Assembly (NCBI GenBank): GCA_030390025.1
Contig: CM059430.1
Coordinates: 62,372,001 to 62,436,000, forward strand
Direction: 5' to 3'
DNA length: 64,000 nt
Source of the DNA: Squalus acanthias
Taxonomy: Eukaryota
Part shown: positions 38,243 through 52,600 of the stretch, one piece after another
Layout: every line of letters starts with the position of its first letter
How positions within the stretch are numbered: position 1 is the first letter of the stretch
Notes under the pieces: generated by a model
The model's database searches: none
Seen by the model: the letters and a program-made list of their open reading frames with translations, nothing else
What the model was told of the DNA's origin: nothing
Position numbers and translations under genes: made by a program

Positions 38243-41200
38243 GGTATGGTAGCATAGTGTTATTGTACTGGATTGTAATCCAGAGGCCTGGCCGAATAAT
38301 CCGGAGACATGAGGTAAAATCCCAGCATGGCAGCTGGGGAATTTAAATTCAGTTGAATAAATCTGTAATAAAAAGCTAGTATCAGTAATGGTGACCTTTA
38401 AACTACCAGAATGTCATAAATACTTATCTGCTTCACTAATGTCCTTTAGGGAAGGAACATGCCGTTCTTACCTGGTCTGACCTAAATGCGACTCCAGACC
38501 CACAGCAATGTGTTTGACTATTAACTGTCCTCTGAAATGGCCTAGCAAGCCATTCAGTTGTACCACTCTGGTATGATAAATAATAATAATAATAAAACTG
38601 TATGGACCGCCTGGCATCAACCGAGACACTGGCTTTGGAGACGACTAAGGGACACCCAGACCAGTTGACCCTGCAAAGTCCTCCTCACCAAAATCTGGGG
38701 ACCTGTGCCAAAATGGGGAGAGCTGTCCCACAGATTAGTCAAGCAACATCATGACGTAGTCATGCTCACAGAATCAGACATTAAGGCAAAGCTCCAGACT
38801 CCCCCATCACCATCCCTGGGTATGTTCTGTTCCACTGGCAGGACAGACCCACCAGAGGTGGCAGCGCAGTGGTATACAGTCGGAAGGCACAACATTGACA
38901 CCGGATAACTGATGAAATCTCACGAATTCATGTCAAGGAAGGGCACGGAAACCTCCTGCTGATTACGAACTAGCTCCCTCCCTCAGCTGATAAATCATTA
39001 CCCTTCCATGTTGAACACCATTTGGAGGAAGAACTGAGGGTAGCAAGGGCACAGAATGTACTTCAAAGTCCATTAGCAAGAGTGGCTCGGTAGCACAACT
39101 ACTGACCGAGCTGGCCGAGTCCTGAAGGACATAGCTGCCAGACTGGCGTGCGGCATGTGGTAAGAGAACCAACACGAGGGAAAACGCTGCTTTACCTCGA
39201 CCTCACCAATCTATCTGTCCCAGATGCATCTGTCCATGACAGTCTTGTTAGCTGTAACCGCCGCACAGTTCTTGTCGAGACAAAGTCCAGTCTGCACATT
39301 GAGGACACCCTCCATCGTGTTGTGTGGCACTACCACAATGCAAAATGGGATAGATTCAAAACAGATCCAGCACCTGAAAACTGGGCATCCATGAGTCGTT
39401 GTGGTCCATCAGCAGCAGCAGAATTGTATTCCATCACAATCTGTAACCTCATGGACCGGCATATTCCTCACTCTACCGTTATCATCAAGCCAGGGGACCA
39501 ACCCTGGTACAATGAGAAGTGTAGAAGAGCTTGCGAGGAGCGGCAGCAGGCGTACCGAAAAATGAGGTGCTAAACTGGGGAAGCAGCAACACAGGAATAC
39601 TGGCATGCTAAACAGCAGATGCAGCATGCTATAGACAGAGCTAAGTGATTCCACAAACAACGGATCAGATCAAAGTTCTGTAGTCCTGCCACATCCAATC
39701 GTGAATGTTGGTGGACAATGAAACAATGAACGAGAGGAGGAGACTCCATCTTCATCCATATCCTCAATGATGGTGGAGGCCAGCAGTCGAGTGCAAAATG
39801 CAAGAATGAAGTGCAACCGTTTTCAGCTACAACTGCCGAGCGGATGATCCAACTCGACCTACTCCGCAGGTCCACAACCTCACAGGTGGAAACAGCAACG
39901 TTGTGGGCCCCGACAACATCCCGGCTGTCGCGCTGAAGCCTTGAGCTCCAGATACAGCCACGCCTCTAGCCACGTGGCTCAGGACTTCAATACAACCTTG
40001 ATCCAAACATGGAGACAAGAGCTGTATTCCAAAGGTGAGGTGAGAGTGACTGCCCTTCACATCAAGGCAGAATTTGACCGAGTGTGGCATCAAGGAGCCC
40101 TAGTAAAACTGAAGTCAATGGGAATCAGGGTGAATACCCTTCACTGGCTGGAGTCATATCTGGCTCAATAGAAGATGGCTGTAGTTGTTGGAAGTCAATT
40201 ATCTCAGCCCCAGTTCATCACCGCAGGAGTTCCTCGGGGCTGTGTCCTTGACACAACCATCTGCAGCAGCTTCATCAATGTCCTTCCCTCCATCATAAGG
40301 TCAGAAGTGGGGATGTTTGCAGATGATTGCACAGTGTTCAGTTCCATTCGCAACTCCTCAGATAATGAAGCAGTCCATGCCCGCAACAAGCACGATCTGG
40401 ACGATATTAAGGCTTGGGCTCATAAATGTCAAGGAATATTCGCGCCACACAAGTGCCAGGCAATGACAATCTCCAAGAAGAGAGATTCTAAACAACATCT
40501 CCTTTAAATTTACGAAAGCCGAATCACTCACCATCAACCTCCTGGGGGTCACCGTTGACCATCAACCTACCTGGACCAACCACATAAATACTGTGGCTAC
40601 AAGACCAGGTCAGAGGCTGGATATTCTGGGGCGACTGCCTCACTCCCTGACTCGCCAAAGTCTTTCCACCATCTACAAGGCACAAGTCAGGAGTGTGATG
40701 GAATACTCTCTGCTTGCCTGGATGAGTGCAGCTCCAACAACACTGAAGAAGCTCGACACCATCACGGAAAAAGCAGCCCGCTTCATTGGCACCATATCCA
40801 TGACCTTAAACATTCACTCCCTGCACCACCAGCGCACCATGGCTGCAGTGTGTACCATCTACAAGATGCACTGCAGCAACTCGACAAGACTTCTTCGACA
40901 GCAGCTTTCTGCCACCTAGAAGGACAAGATCAGCAGGCGCATGGGAACACCATCACTTCAAAGCTGCTCTCCAAGTCACACACCGTCCTGACTTGGAAAT
41001 AAATCGCCGTTCCTTCCTCGTCGCTTGGTCAAAATCCTGGTATTCCCTCCCTAACAGCACTGTGGGAGTACCTTCACCACATGGTTTGAAGCTGTTGAAG
41101 AAGGCGGCTCGCCACAAGCATCTCAAAAGAATTAGGGATTGGCAATAAATGATGACCTTTCCAGTGATGCCCACATCCCAGGAACGAATGGTATAAAAAA
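38243..41200 (+). mobile_element. Second LINE family, longest copy: tRNA/SINE-like head, APE, internally deleted RT, tail
   Basis: Head 38243-38561, APE start (ELSHRLVKQHHDVVMLTES), RT (KAEFDRVWH, MFADD), C-terminal YKAQVRSVMEY, shared tail. Confidence 0.82.
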
Positions 41201-43564
41201 GCTCCAGCAGATATTGCTCGTATCGAACAGGTACAATCTACTGGTTACCCTTGAGGATAATGTGAAAGACTGTGGGAAGGACAGCCAGAATGCTGACCAA
41301 GGCACTATGGAGCAGGAGGCAGTCCAAGGGAGGAGGTGCACAGTAGAAACGCTGTAGTTATTGGAGGTTCTAGAATTGTGGGGATAGATAGTATTCTTTG
41401 CAGTCAGGATCGAGTATCCTGAAGGGTGTGTTGCCGACCCAGTACTAGGGTCAGGTGCATTTCGAAACGGCTAGAAAATAATTTGGAAAGGGTGGGGAAG
41501 ATGGTAGGATCCACTTGTTGTGCTCCATTTCAGAACGAACAAATTAGGAAAGATTAGGGAAGAGTTCCAATGTTAGCAGGCAACCTCCTTCCTCCTCTGG
41601 TTCACAACACGTTTCGAGTAAGCACAAGACACTTCGTAGCACAATATACGGAACACACTCTCTTGATACACAGTAAAGATGTTCAGTCTAACTGCTCTTG
41701 GGTTACAAGTTTTAACTTTCGAACCCTCTGAATTACTGTTGAAAACCATCCTCCTTTATACACCATATTTTGACTACTGCAAAGGAAAACGTCATAGATA
41801 AGAAGGCATGATGTATCTATCGCCAGATCCTTTAAAGATAGACTATTCATGTAAACAGTTGTAGTAGTTCAGTTCAAAGCTACTTCCTGACCTAACAGAC
41901 CCTAAACCATTTGAAGGAAAAGCTTTACCAACTGTTAATTGCAGCTAATGGATTTTCTGTCCATGTTTTATTATCCCAGCCCGTAAAGTTACATGTTATT
42001 GCCATAACACTAAACCTCCCCACTTTTGGGTGACTTCATTACTAACACCTAGTTCCTTACACAAGCACTTTACACATCAGAAGATAAGCAATGCATTCCA
42101 TTCACGACATTCCAAAGTCAATCAGTTTATATTGAAAAGTATATGCTTGATTACACGAAGAAATTCGAAGGTTATACTTTTAACTCTCACGATGTCCAAA
42201 ATCCTTCCAAGGGAGTATGATGAGTTAGCAGCTAACATGAAAAGCAGTACCTCATCAGTAATAACCTCAGAATCCCGAGCCACGTGCTAATCTGCATGGA
42301 GACAAGCAGATAGGGAAAGGGAACACTTGCCTGTAGACCACCAAATGGTGGAATGGAATTGGAGGAAGAAAGATATAGGCAAATCTACGAGGTGAGTAGC
42401 AGGCATCGAATAATAATTATGGGAGATTTCAAATACCCCCAAATAAATTGGCAGCAAGAAGTAGCGAAAGGAGAAAAGGGAATCGCGTTTTTACAGTGCA
42501 TACCGGATTATTTCTCACTCAGTACTTTAGTAGTCGAACAAGAAAAGAACGCTGCTAGATCTTGTAATGGATAATGAACCGGAACAGATAGAAGAACCAA
42601 GAGTAGGAGAGCACTTACAACTAGCGATCAAAGCATAATAAGGTTCAAGTTTAGGATCGAGAGTGACATACGTAGGTCAAAGGTTAAGGCAATAGAAAGG
42701 AAAAGTGCAAATTATGAGGAAATGAGGGCGGCAAACTGGGAGAAAATCTTGAAAAACAAAGAGATTGTAAGCAATGGGAAATTATTAAAAGGGTTATCAA
42801 TAGATTGCAAGAGAAATGTATTCTACGAAAAAACAAAACTAGCAAGCTAATTATTGGGCACCTTGACTGAATAAAGGACTAAAGGGAACATTGAATCGAA
42901 AGAAAAACAATATAATAACTAATTAGATACTAAAGGAGAGGCGGACAAAGGGGAAATGGAAGAACTTAGGAGCGAAAATTAAAAAAACACCTGGACGGCA
43001 AAGAGAAATTACAAATTAAAGTTATTAGCAAATATAACAATAAATAATAAAGTCTTCTATAGACACATAAACAACAAAAGAAAAATTAAAGTAGGGATAA
43101 TGCCACTAAAAGAAGAGCAAGACAAACTGACAGGCAATGACAGAGAAATGGCAGAAGAATTGAATAATTACTTCGCCTCCGTTTTTACTAAAGAAGGTAA
43201 CAAAATAAACAATTCTCTAGAGCATGCGCTTAAAAGGAATATTAATATATATATATATATATATATAAATTCTGTAGAGGATGGTGCCAGAGGACTAACG
43301 GACAGCTAATGTTGTTCCTATATTACAAAAGGCAGATAGAACAAAACCTGGGAAAAATAGGCCAGTCAGTGTAACGTCAGTAATAGGAAATATATTGGAT
43401 TCTATACTAAAAGAAGTGACAGAAGAAAACTTAGGCACAGGATATATAATAAACAATAATCAGCATGGATTCTGAGAGGCGAATTAATGCTTAAGTAACC
43501 TGATAGAAATCTTTGAAAAGGTAACGGAAAGTGCTGACGAGGATAATGCAGTAGACATCAGATA

Positions 43565-44820
43565 CCCACTCAGTTTAAGAAAACAGCTACAAGAAGGTTT
43601 AAGAAGAATGAAACCGAACCTACATTGAACTAGGCATTGGATTCGGGCACGGCAACGCCGAGTCGACCTGCAAGGTGCTCCTCACTACCAACTGACTTAT
43701 GCCAAAATTGAGAGAGCTGTCCAACCGACTACCCTGACCGATCAGCCAACATCCCACCGGCAGGACAGAACCAACAGCGGGAGCGAGCGGCCATGGAAGT
43801 CCTCAACATTGAATCTGCATGGCATGGAAACCTACAGCTGATTACCGCCCTCAGCTGATGAATGTTCAACACGACTTGGAATAAATACTGAAGGCACAGA
43901 ATGTACTGCTGGGGAACTTCAGTGATCAAGAGTGACTCGGTAGAATCCAATACTGACCGACCTGGCTGACTGGGATTGTGGCAGGTGGTGATACAACAAA
44001 CACGACATAAAATCCTACTGACCAAGTAAAACTTGAAAAACATGACCATGACATTGGTTGGAGTGATCAACAAAATCCCGCCATAATACTGAGGCACCTG
44101 TTGTGCAAAATCAGATCAGATTAGATCAGAACAGATCTAGCAGCTCAAAACTAGGCATCCATAAGGTGCGTCTGTCCATCAGCAGCAGCAGAATTGTTTT
44201 CCACCACAATCTGTAGCCTCATGATCTGGCATATCCCTCACGCTAATATAACCATCAAGCCAGACGACGTTCCCTGGCTCAAAAAGTAGTGTAGGCATCC
44301 AGCAGGACGAAGCACCAGGCGTGCCTAAAAATAAGGTGACAACCTGGTGAAGTTATAATTGTCTAAACAGCGGAAGCAGCATGATACAGACCGAGCTAAG
44401 CGATGCCACAACCAATGGATCAGATCAAAGATCTGCAGTCCTGCCGCATCCAGTCCAGAATGGTGGTGGACAATTAAACAACTAACGGGAGGAGGAGGAG
44501 GAGGCTTCATGAACATCCTCAACGATGGTGGAGCCCAGCACGCAAGTGCAAAAGAAAAAGCTGAAGCGTTTCCAACCATCTTCAGCCAGAAGTGCCGAGT
44601 GAATGATCCACCTCGGCCTCCTTCTGAGGTTCCATCATCACAGATATCAGTCTTCAGCCAATTCCAATCACTACACGTGATGTCAAGTAAAGGCTGAGTG
44701 AACAGGATGCAGCAAACGCTATGGGCCCCTGCAACATTCCGCCTGAAGTGCTAAAGACTTCTGCTCCAGAACTAGCCGCACATCTAGCCATGCTGTTCCT
44801 GTACAGTTACAACACTGGCT
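43565..44820 (+). mobile_element. Second LINE family, degenerate 5' (APE) fragment
   Basis: Colinear with 38550-39970; ORF 44359..44697. Confidence 0.75.
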
Positions 44821-46504
44821 TCATGTGATCAATGTTACAGTATTGTAGGACATAAAGAAATTGTAGTGCGTTTCAGCTTTTAACCAATTTGTGTATGGAT
44901 GAAATAATAAAAGTCAGAAAATGTACAGGAAAACACTTAGAGAAATATATGAAAATGGAACCAATAAAAGTGAGACAAACGCCTTAAGGCGAAGGGCTTA
45001 CACCTTGCCATCGGTAGCGAGAGTGAAGTTGGGAAAGTTAAAATGTGAAGTAGAATCTCTGTTGAATGTGAACATTAAGTGTTGTTATAATTACACCGAA
45101 ACATGCAATGTGAATTTACTGCTGCTCTTCAGCACTAGATACGTTTACAGTATGTTGCAATTAACGGAGTTAAATTTAGAACAAGACGTGTTGGTGCTTC
45201 GAGCTGAGCCACTGAACCACGTCCTTTACTTAGCTCGCATAAGCGATTCGCCCTGGTCAATATTTAGCAGTACATCAGTGAAGCGAAAACCAGAAGATAA
45301 AACACCCAGGTAATCGCTTATACTTTATCAGAACTGATAGATCGCCCACACAATGACCTTTTAAATCATGTACATAGATGTACCACTGTTTTGGCTAATC
45401 AATTGTCAAAATAATCTACACCACTTTGTCTTCATTTCGAAGCAATGGATTGTTATTAGGTGAGAAAATCGAATTTGAAGTAAACTGAAACATAATGTCA
45501 GGTAAACAGTTGCGTTTTTCAGCCCCTGTCATTTTTCGGCCCCTGTCATTCGGGATAAAACTGCGACGTTCTTGTAGAAACCTGAGATAATTAAGGCAAA
45601 TCAGCACGAATTTCGAAAAGGTAATTCGTGCTTGAATTTCCTTCTAGAATTCTTTGAGGAAACAGCAGCAAGAATAGATAAAGGAAATGCAGCAGATATC
45701 GTGTGCACGAATTTTTTTAAATGACAAATTGACACCTTCAGATAATGATTCTTGCAAGCAGAATACATGGGAACCTTCAAAATGAAATTTGATATATACT
45801 TGAAAAGAAGAAAATTGCAGGACTTTGCGGAAAGAGCGCGAGAGTGGGACTAATTGGGACTGATCTTTCAAAGTGACGGCATGGGCACAATGGGCAGTAA
45901 GGCCTCCTTCTGTGCTGTAAGATTCTATGATTCTACGTTGCCACATGGATAAACCGATGTTTGCAGGACCTAAAACAACTGGTAGCTACTTTCTGTAGGT
46001 TGATGGAGGAGTCCCTCGACTGGAGCTTCAGCCGTTTCACATCAGGAGCGTCACCTGGACTGGAAGCCAGAGTGCAGTGACGCCACACGGAAATCAGCAC
46101 ACAGGGTTTTTTTTAGTTTTACTCGCTAAAATGAGCACGAAAGTTGAATTGTAAGAGACCGTATATAATCTATTTTTATTGAATTCATGTATGATGATAA
46201 TTGTGTACAGCAAGGCTATTAGCGTATTATTTTAATCGAAAATGTAGATATTTGGCACCAGGAAAATAATACAATTTTAAGATTAAAGTATGTCAGGAAA
46301 GTTACTTTGTTCTTAAAAGTGGCTAAATTATATACATCAAATAATTGAACAGTAAGTAACAACTATACACTGCATTCTCTGATATATCACTAGAATGCGT
46401 TACCTCTCAGAGGGATGGGATCGCATGGTAGACATACGCCGGCAGTTGATATGGCAGCGATCAGTAAACACCAAAAAAGTGACTTCTGCAGCTAAAATTT
46501 ATTA

Positions 46505-46678
46505 CTAATTGATTCTTGCTTCTGTGTAGACAGCCTCTGTTATTGCTCTTTGTTTTTTGGTCTTCATCTGGGCATACTCTGTGCTTCGTTCGTTATTTTT
46601 GCATTTGCCCGTTTTCTCTGAGCCAGTCAATGCTATAGCCGCGTACGTCAGTTTGTAACGGGCTGTCCCTTGTTCGGT
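46505..46678 (-). CDS. Copy C exon 7, terminal exon with LTYAAI, TEYAQM and AVYTEA
   Basis: Acceptor ggctttacag. Corresponds to ORF 46505..46690. AATAAA on the minus strand near 46175-46180, also present in copies A and B. Confidence 0.83.
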   Translation of the reverse strand, partial: TEQGTARYKLTYAAIALTGSEKTGKCKNNERSTEYAQMKTKKQRAITEAVYTEARIN

Positions 46679-49600
46679 CTGTAAAGCCAATGTTTGGAAA
46701 TATTGTTAATTGGTCGTTTTGCAAGTTCTCTGGACTGCTGCTCATAGCAGGCATTAGAAGGACGCACACATACTCTTCGATACAACACACGGTCAAAGTC
46801 AGCGCAAACATATGCCCCCCGCTATCGCATGAATATTGATGTTACACTGGCGATCTATGTTTTTCTGATCTGTTACTCAGTCCTACCTGAGCGTACACGG
46901 TTCTCTCCGCTTCAATTTCACGTCTTGGAGTTTTCCGGCTTCTGTTTAAATCTAATGCAGCATAATGCACGGTCTCAGCCGCTGCTTCCTGCATGGGTCA
47001 GAAAGAATGAGTTTGGTTATGTGGCTAGTTCATTGCCTTCACCAGTTTACGTACCGCTGATCAAACATGTAACGGATTGACCGAGGCTAGATATCAAGTG
47101 CACAAACCATAGTTCATATATATTTAGATAAGAGCGAATGTTAAGGCACTGTGGGTCCTGTAACTTATATTCCAGCCTGTCAATGTTCACCCTGCAACAC
47201 AGTGTTACAGAAATGTATAAATCAGCGGCAGCTTTAGAACATAAAGTTTTTTTTTCAAAACCAAGAACTAAATATGGCAGGGTACATAACTTTTAGAAGA
47301 GATAGGCAAAATGGAAAAGGACGTCCGTTAGCACTGATAATAAAGGATGGGATAAAGACAGTAGAGAGAAAGATTCTTAGCTCGGAAAATCAAGATGTAG
47401 AATCACTTTGTTGGAGCTATGAAACAACAAGAGACAGAAAACAGTGGTGGGAGTAGTGTATCGGCCCCCTAACAGTAGTTGTATTCTCGGGCACAGTATA
47501 AATTAGGAAAATAGAGGAAATGGCAGACATTAAACAAATATTTTGTATCGGTCTTTATGGAACAAGACAAAATAGTGGGGACCAAGGGTTTAGTTAGAAT
47601 GAGGACCTTAAAGCATTTAGTATTAGTAAATAAATCGTACTTGTGAAAGTGATGGAAGGTTTCATCGACAGTGCTATCAAGCAGCAGTTACTCACCAATA
47701 ACCTGCTCACTGATGCTCAGTTTGGGTTCCGCCAGGACCACTCGGCTCCAGACCTTATTACAGCCTTGCTGCAAACATGGACAAAGGAGCTGAATTCCAG
47801 AGGTGAGGTGCAAGTGACCGTCCTTGATATCAAGGCAGCTTTTGACCGAGTGTGCCATCAAGGAGCCTCAGTAAAGCTGAAGTCAATGGGAATCAGGGGG
47901 AAAACTCTCCACTGCCTTGAGTCGTACCTAGCACAAAGGAAGATGGTGGTTGTTGTTGGAGGCCAATCAGCTCAGCTCCAGGATGTCGTTGCAGGAGTTC
48001 CTCATTGCAGTATCCTAGGCCCATCCATCTTCAGCTGCTTCATCAATGAGCTTCCCTCCATCATAAGATCAGAAATGGGGATGTTCGCTGATGACTGCAC
48101 AATGTTCAGTGCCATTCGCAACTCCTCAGATAATGATGCAGCCCATGCCCGCATGCAACAAGAGCTTGACGACGTCCATGGTTGGGCGTATAAGTGGCAG
48201 GTAGCATTCGCGCCACATAAATGCCAGGCAATGACTATCTCCAACAAGCGAGAGTCTAACCAGCGCCCCTTGATATTCAACGGCATTACCATCGCCGAAT
48301 CCCCCACCATCAGCATCCTGTTGGTCACTATTGTCTAGAAAGTTAACTGGAGCAGCCACATAAATAGTTTGGCAACAAGAGCAGGTCAGAGGCTAGGCTT
48401 TCTGCGGCGAGTGTCTACCTCCTGACTCCCCAAAGCCTTTCCTCCATCTACAAAGCATAAGTAAGGAGTGTGATGGAATACTCGCCACTTGCCTGGATGA
48501 GTGCAGCTCCAACAACACTCAAGAAGCTGGACACCATCCAGGACAAAGCAGCCCGCTTGATTGGCAACCTATCCACCACCTTAAACATTCACTCCCTCCA
48601 CCACCGGCGTACCGTGGCTGCAGTGTGTACCTTCTACAAGATGCACTGCAGCAACACGACAAGGCTTGTTCGACAGCACCTCCCAAACCTCTTCCACTTA
48701 GAAGGACAAGGGCAGCAGGTGCATGGGAATATTGTTAATTGGTCGTTTTGCAAGTTCGCTGGACTGCTGCTCAATGCAGGCATCAGAAGGACACACAAAA
48801 AATTCTTCGATACAACATTGTGCACCATGGCGGTGACCTTGTTTCCAGACTAGCTGTCTGCTGTTTGTGTGCCAGAAAGGTTGACTGTACCTTTGGTAAT
48901 CTACCCTGGGCCCACCTCTAAAAAGAGAGTAAAAGAGATATTTAAAGAGCTTTTAGCACAGACAGTGAAGGGAACGGAAGAGCTGTTTGCACACGCCAGC
49001 CGTCTGTCTGATCGGGACCGATACCAGCTGCTTGTCATGGTCGTATGTCTACTATGTCTATCTTGATTGCGTGTTATACTTAATTAAACTGCAACTACTT
49101 AATAAAATGCCTTACAACTGCTAAGACCCGATGGGTAATCTGTGCGTGTCCTGTGACCCAAATCTTACAATGGTGTCAGAAATGGAATCAGAGTGTTGGG
49201 AGTTGTAAGGTTCTGGTTGTGGAGACCAGAGAGACTTTGTCGACCACGCGTGATCGCCACTTGAGACTAGGTAGAAGACTCCCTGAAAGAAGGGAGAGGT
49301 AGAGAGTTGGGTAAAGTTAAAACCAGTGGTACAATGGCGTTGGTATACCATCGAGAACAGCCTGACAGAAAAAGTTGGCACGTCCACAGCAGCGGACCTC
49401 CTAAAAATGTTAGAAAACGGTAACGGGGACTATCACTACATCCTTGATAAACTCTCTGAGGTTGTTCAGCAAAACAAACTTAAAATAAAGAGAGGCCGAG
49501 ACAGGTTAGCCTACGGGGCACACTTGTGCGCTGCCAAGTTAAACAGGGAGACTAAAGAGTTAAAAGGTTAAGAAAGCCAAATGTAGAGAGAATGGAGTGA

Positions 49601-52600
49601 ATGGCGAGAGAACCTTTCTGCCCTCCGCAACCAGTTGCGCTGGAAACAAAGGATTCATGACGAAATGCAATGTACATAAAAGAAACTAGCTCAAATGCTT
49701 AAGCAGAATATTGAACTACAGGCAGAAGACACCAGATTGGGTGAGAGTTACAGGATGCAAGTGGAGCGTTAAGGGAATTAAACTGGCGCCAAACCATTGC
49801 CTCTCCCGAAGCAGACCATGGCCCGTGCTTAGAAAAAATCCAACAGCTGGAGGCACAAATTGGCCCACAGCGGTCAGTAGTCGCTGTTGTCGCCAAGTCA
49901 AAACCAAAAGATCCTAGCCCTTTCTGGGACAACATAGTTGGGGACATTACTCCCACTGCTCCCTCTGTTCCCTCTGCTCCGCCCCCACCCTAAAAGGATG
50001 GCGAGGCGGGGAAGATGATACCAGTATGTGTGCTCACCCGAGCTAAGGCAGCATGCGAGGCCAAGCGCCAGGCTGGCCGAGACCTGAAAGGCGATGCAAC
50101 CTCCTCGACCACCATTAGTAGCGATGCAGAAACCACTACCAGAAGCACACATCCGTCCCTTACCACGGTTGAAGTGGTGGCGCTAAATGCTAAACAGGGG
50201 GTGGTGGACATGGACACCAGCCCCCTCGACGTCAGGCAGTGGTGGAGGATTTTTATAATCACCCAACCAGAACTAGAAGGGGACGACCTCAAACAGGTCC
50301 CCCTGGATGCATGTTCCTCAGGATTAAAACAAGAAACGGACCTGGAGATCCTGAGGGTGGGGGGAGCACAATAGTTGAGATTGGGTTAGAACTATGCCAA
50401 ACACTAGGGGAAGAGAGCATTGATTTTCACCAGCTCCTAGTTAACACCAAACAGGGCACTACCAAAAGCCCGAATGCCTTTGCGCATAAACTCCATGGCA
50501 TCTTTCAGTGCACCAGGAGGGGTGGAAGGAATTACTTCAACTACCCGGGCTTCAGAACTCACTTTTTGAACGTCCGTAACGCGCTGCGCATTTATGTCTC
50601 TAAAGACATCGAGTGGGACCAAATACGTGCCCATGCCAGAACTGCTTGGGATCAGACCCGTGCCAATATCCCTGGGACACCTGCCAAGGTTGCAGTAGCG
50701 GCTACGAAGGGCCCACTGCCTAACCAAAAGTCAGGGCTATCAAGAACTCCAGAGAAAAGTATTTCAGCGTGCTGCAATCTATGCCACCATCGAGACACTA
50801 TGCCCATCAATGCAACAATGTTCACAACCCCCCCAGACAGACAGGCCCCGGCTCAGTCGAACGATGACTAGAAAGGATGGAGGCAGCATTAGGGGCTTTG
50901 ACCATCGGCCAGGGAGCACGACCGGTTGTCAAGGTGCATCAACAACCCGAGTAAACGGCAGACCTTCCACATCCCCTATGACTCCTGCAGGCCTCTCAGG
51001 GAGCGATGACTTCCCCTCTCCGATACGATGGTGGTGGGAGACCGGTAGTCCACACTGTTGATACTGGAGTTCGTCAACAATTAATGTTAGTCAACTCCGG
51101 TTCCTCCGCCACCATCATTCATGATCCCCAAGCCGATCCTACAAAGGGTGAGCCCCAAGTTTTATTGGACTTTGACAATTCAATCCAGACAACTATACAA
51201 GGATCCCGTCCCTTGGAGCTAAAGCAGTTTGTTATTTGCAAAGGCACATTCATGACCAGCTCCCTAGTTTGGCCGGTTAGAAAACCGGGTGACTATCGGA
51301 TGACTTTTGATTATCACAAACACAACTCAGTCACCCCCATGTGTGCCCCGATAGTTCTGGAGACACCCACCCTATTCTCCCAGATTCCCAGTGGCAGTAA
51401 TCAGTACAGAATTAGATTCAGTCGAAAACATCAGAAACTGAAAATTGGTTTACAGGTGAAAGGATAAAATTATTATGATGGAATAAAAAAGGACAGGGAA
51501 GATCACGTCTCTTTTCTGCTGTTTTATTGGTTTTTATTTGTTTTCATTGTAAATTTTGATGTACTTTTGCAACGCATCTGTGAATGTTTGGGAAGTAACA
51601 GTATTTATTTGTCTGAAAGTCTGTCTTTAAAAGAAAGTGTCTGTTATATGTGTTTTAGCTCCAACCACTTCTTTGTGCTAAAAGCCATTTAACACTTTGT
51701 AGTATTGTCTTGGATTTTGGAAGTTTTAAGAATGTGTGAATAAGATTGTGCACCCAGAATTGAAAAATGAAACTTTGAACTACAATTTAAGTTAAGCTGG
51801 TGTGGAAAAACTGAGAAAAACAAAAAGTTTGTTTCACAAACGATTAAGTTTCAGTCTAAGATTTAACCTTGGAGTTCCGGTTTCTATCGTGAATTTTCCA
51901 AAGCTGTTTGATTTGTTTAATTTAAGTGTGAAAACTAATTTTTCTCCAGTTGTATTCAGTATTGTTATAGTCATTTGAAAAGGCTTCTGAAGAAAGAAAA
52001 AAGAGAAATATTATGTAACTTACTGTGTTATAATTTGATTTATTTTATCTTTTCTGTATCGTGTTTAGTTAATAAAATATTGGTCTGAATTAAATTGGAA
52101 TTATTAAAGTTAACTAACCTATTAAATTGTGAAAACCCAACTGTCTTTTTCGATCAGGAAAGTTTTTTAAATTTACGTGAAGTGACACAATTGTCTGTGT
52201 GTGACAATGTTTGCTCCGCCTTCTGAAAACCTGCAAAGGAGTTAACCCTTTCCACTGCCAGCTGGATTTTTTTCAATTGGTTCACCCAGAAACTTTGATC
52301 TATATTTTCTGTCTTTCATAGTGCATTGGACAGCAAAGTGCCTCCAGAGCTCATGAATGAGATATCAATAATTATTAATGGGATGCCCCACTTAAGATGT
52401 AAGATTGAAACAGGAAAATTACATTACCAAATGGGAATTTTCCTAACTTTCTAGTGAAAGTCAGTAAAGTACAGTTAAGAATAGTAAATTGATAGCTTTC
52501 TCTTGGAGACATATGTGTCCCTGCCTATAATGAACTTTTTAAGTAAACTGAATTTGATAGTCTGGCCACTACCCGAGACATCGGGACCATGCGGTGGAAG

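Larger units (their letters stand above)
37560..43560 (+). mobile_element. Old CR1 with ORF1 and ORF2 remnants, fragmented by insertions
   Basis: ORF1 N-terminal Cys region 37682-38130, LSNRY and SGNH-like VVIG..VCC at 41210-41570, EN/RT remnants at 42330-43560 (IIMGDFKYPQINW, EMAEELNNYFASVF). Confidence 0.7.
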
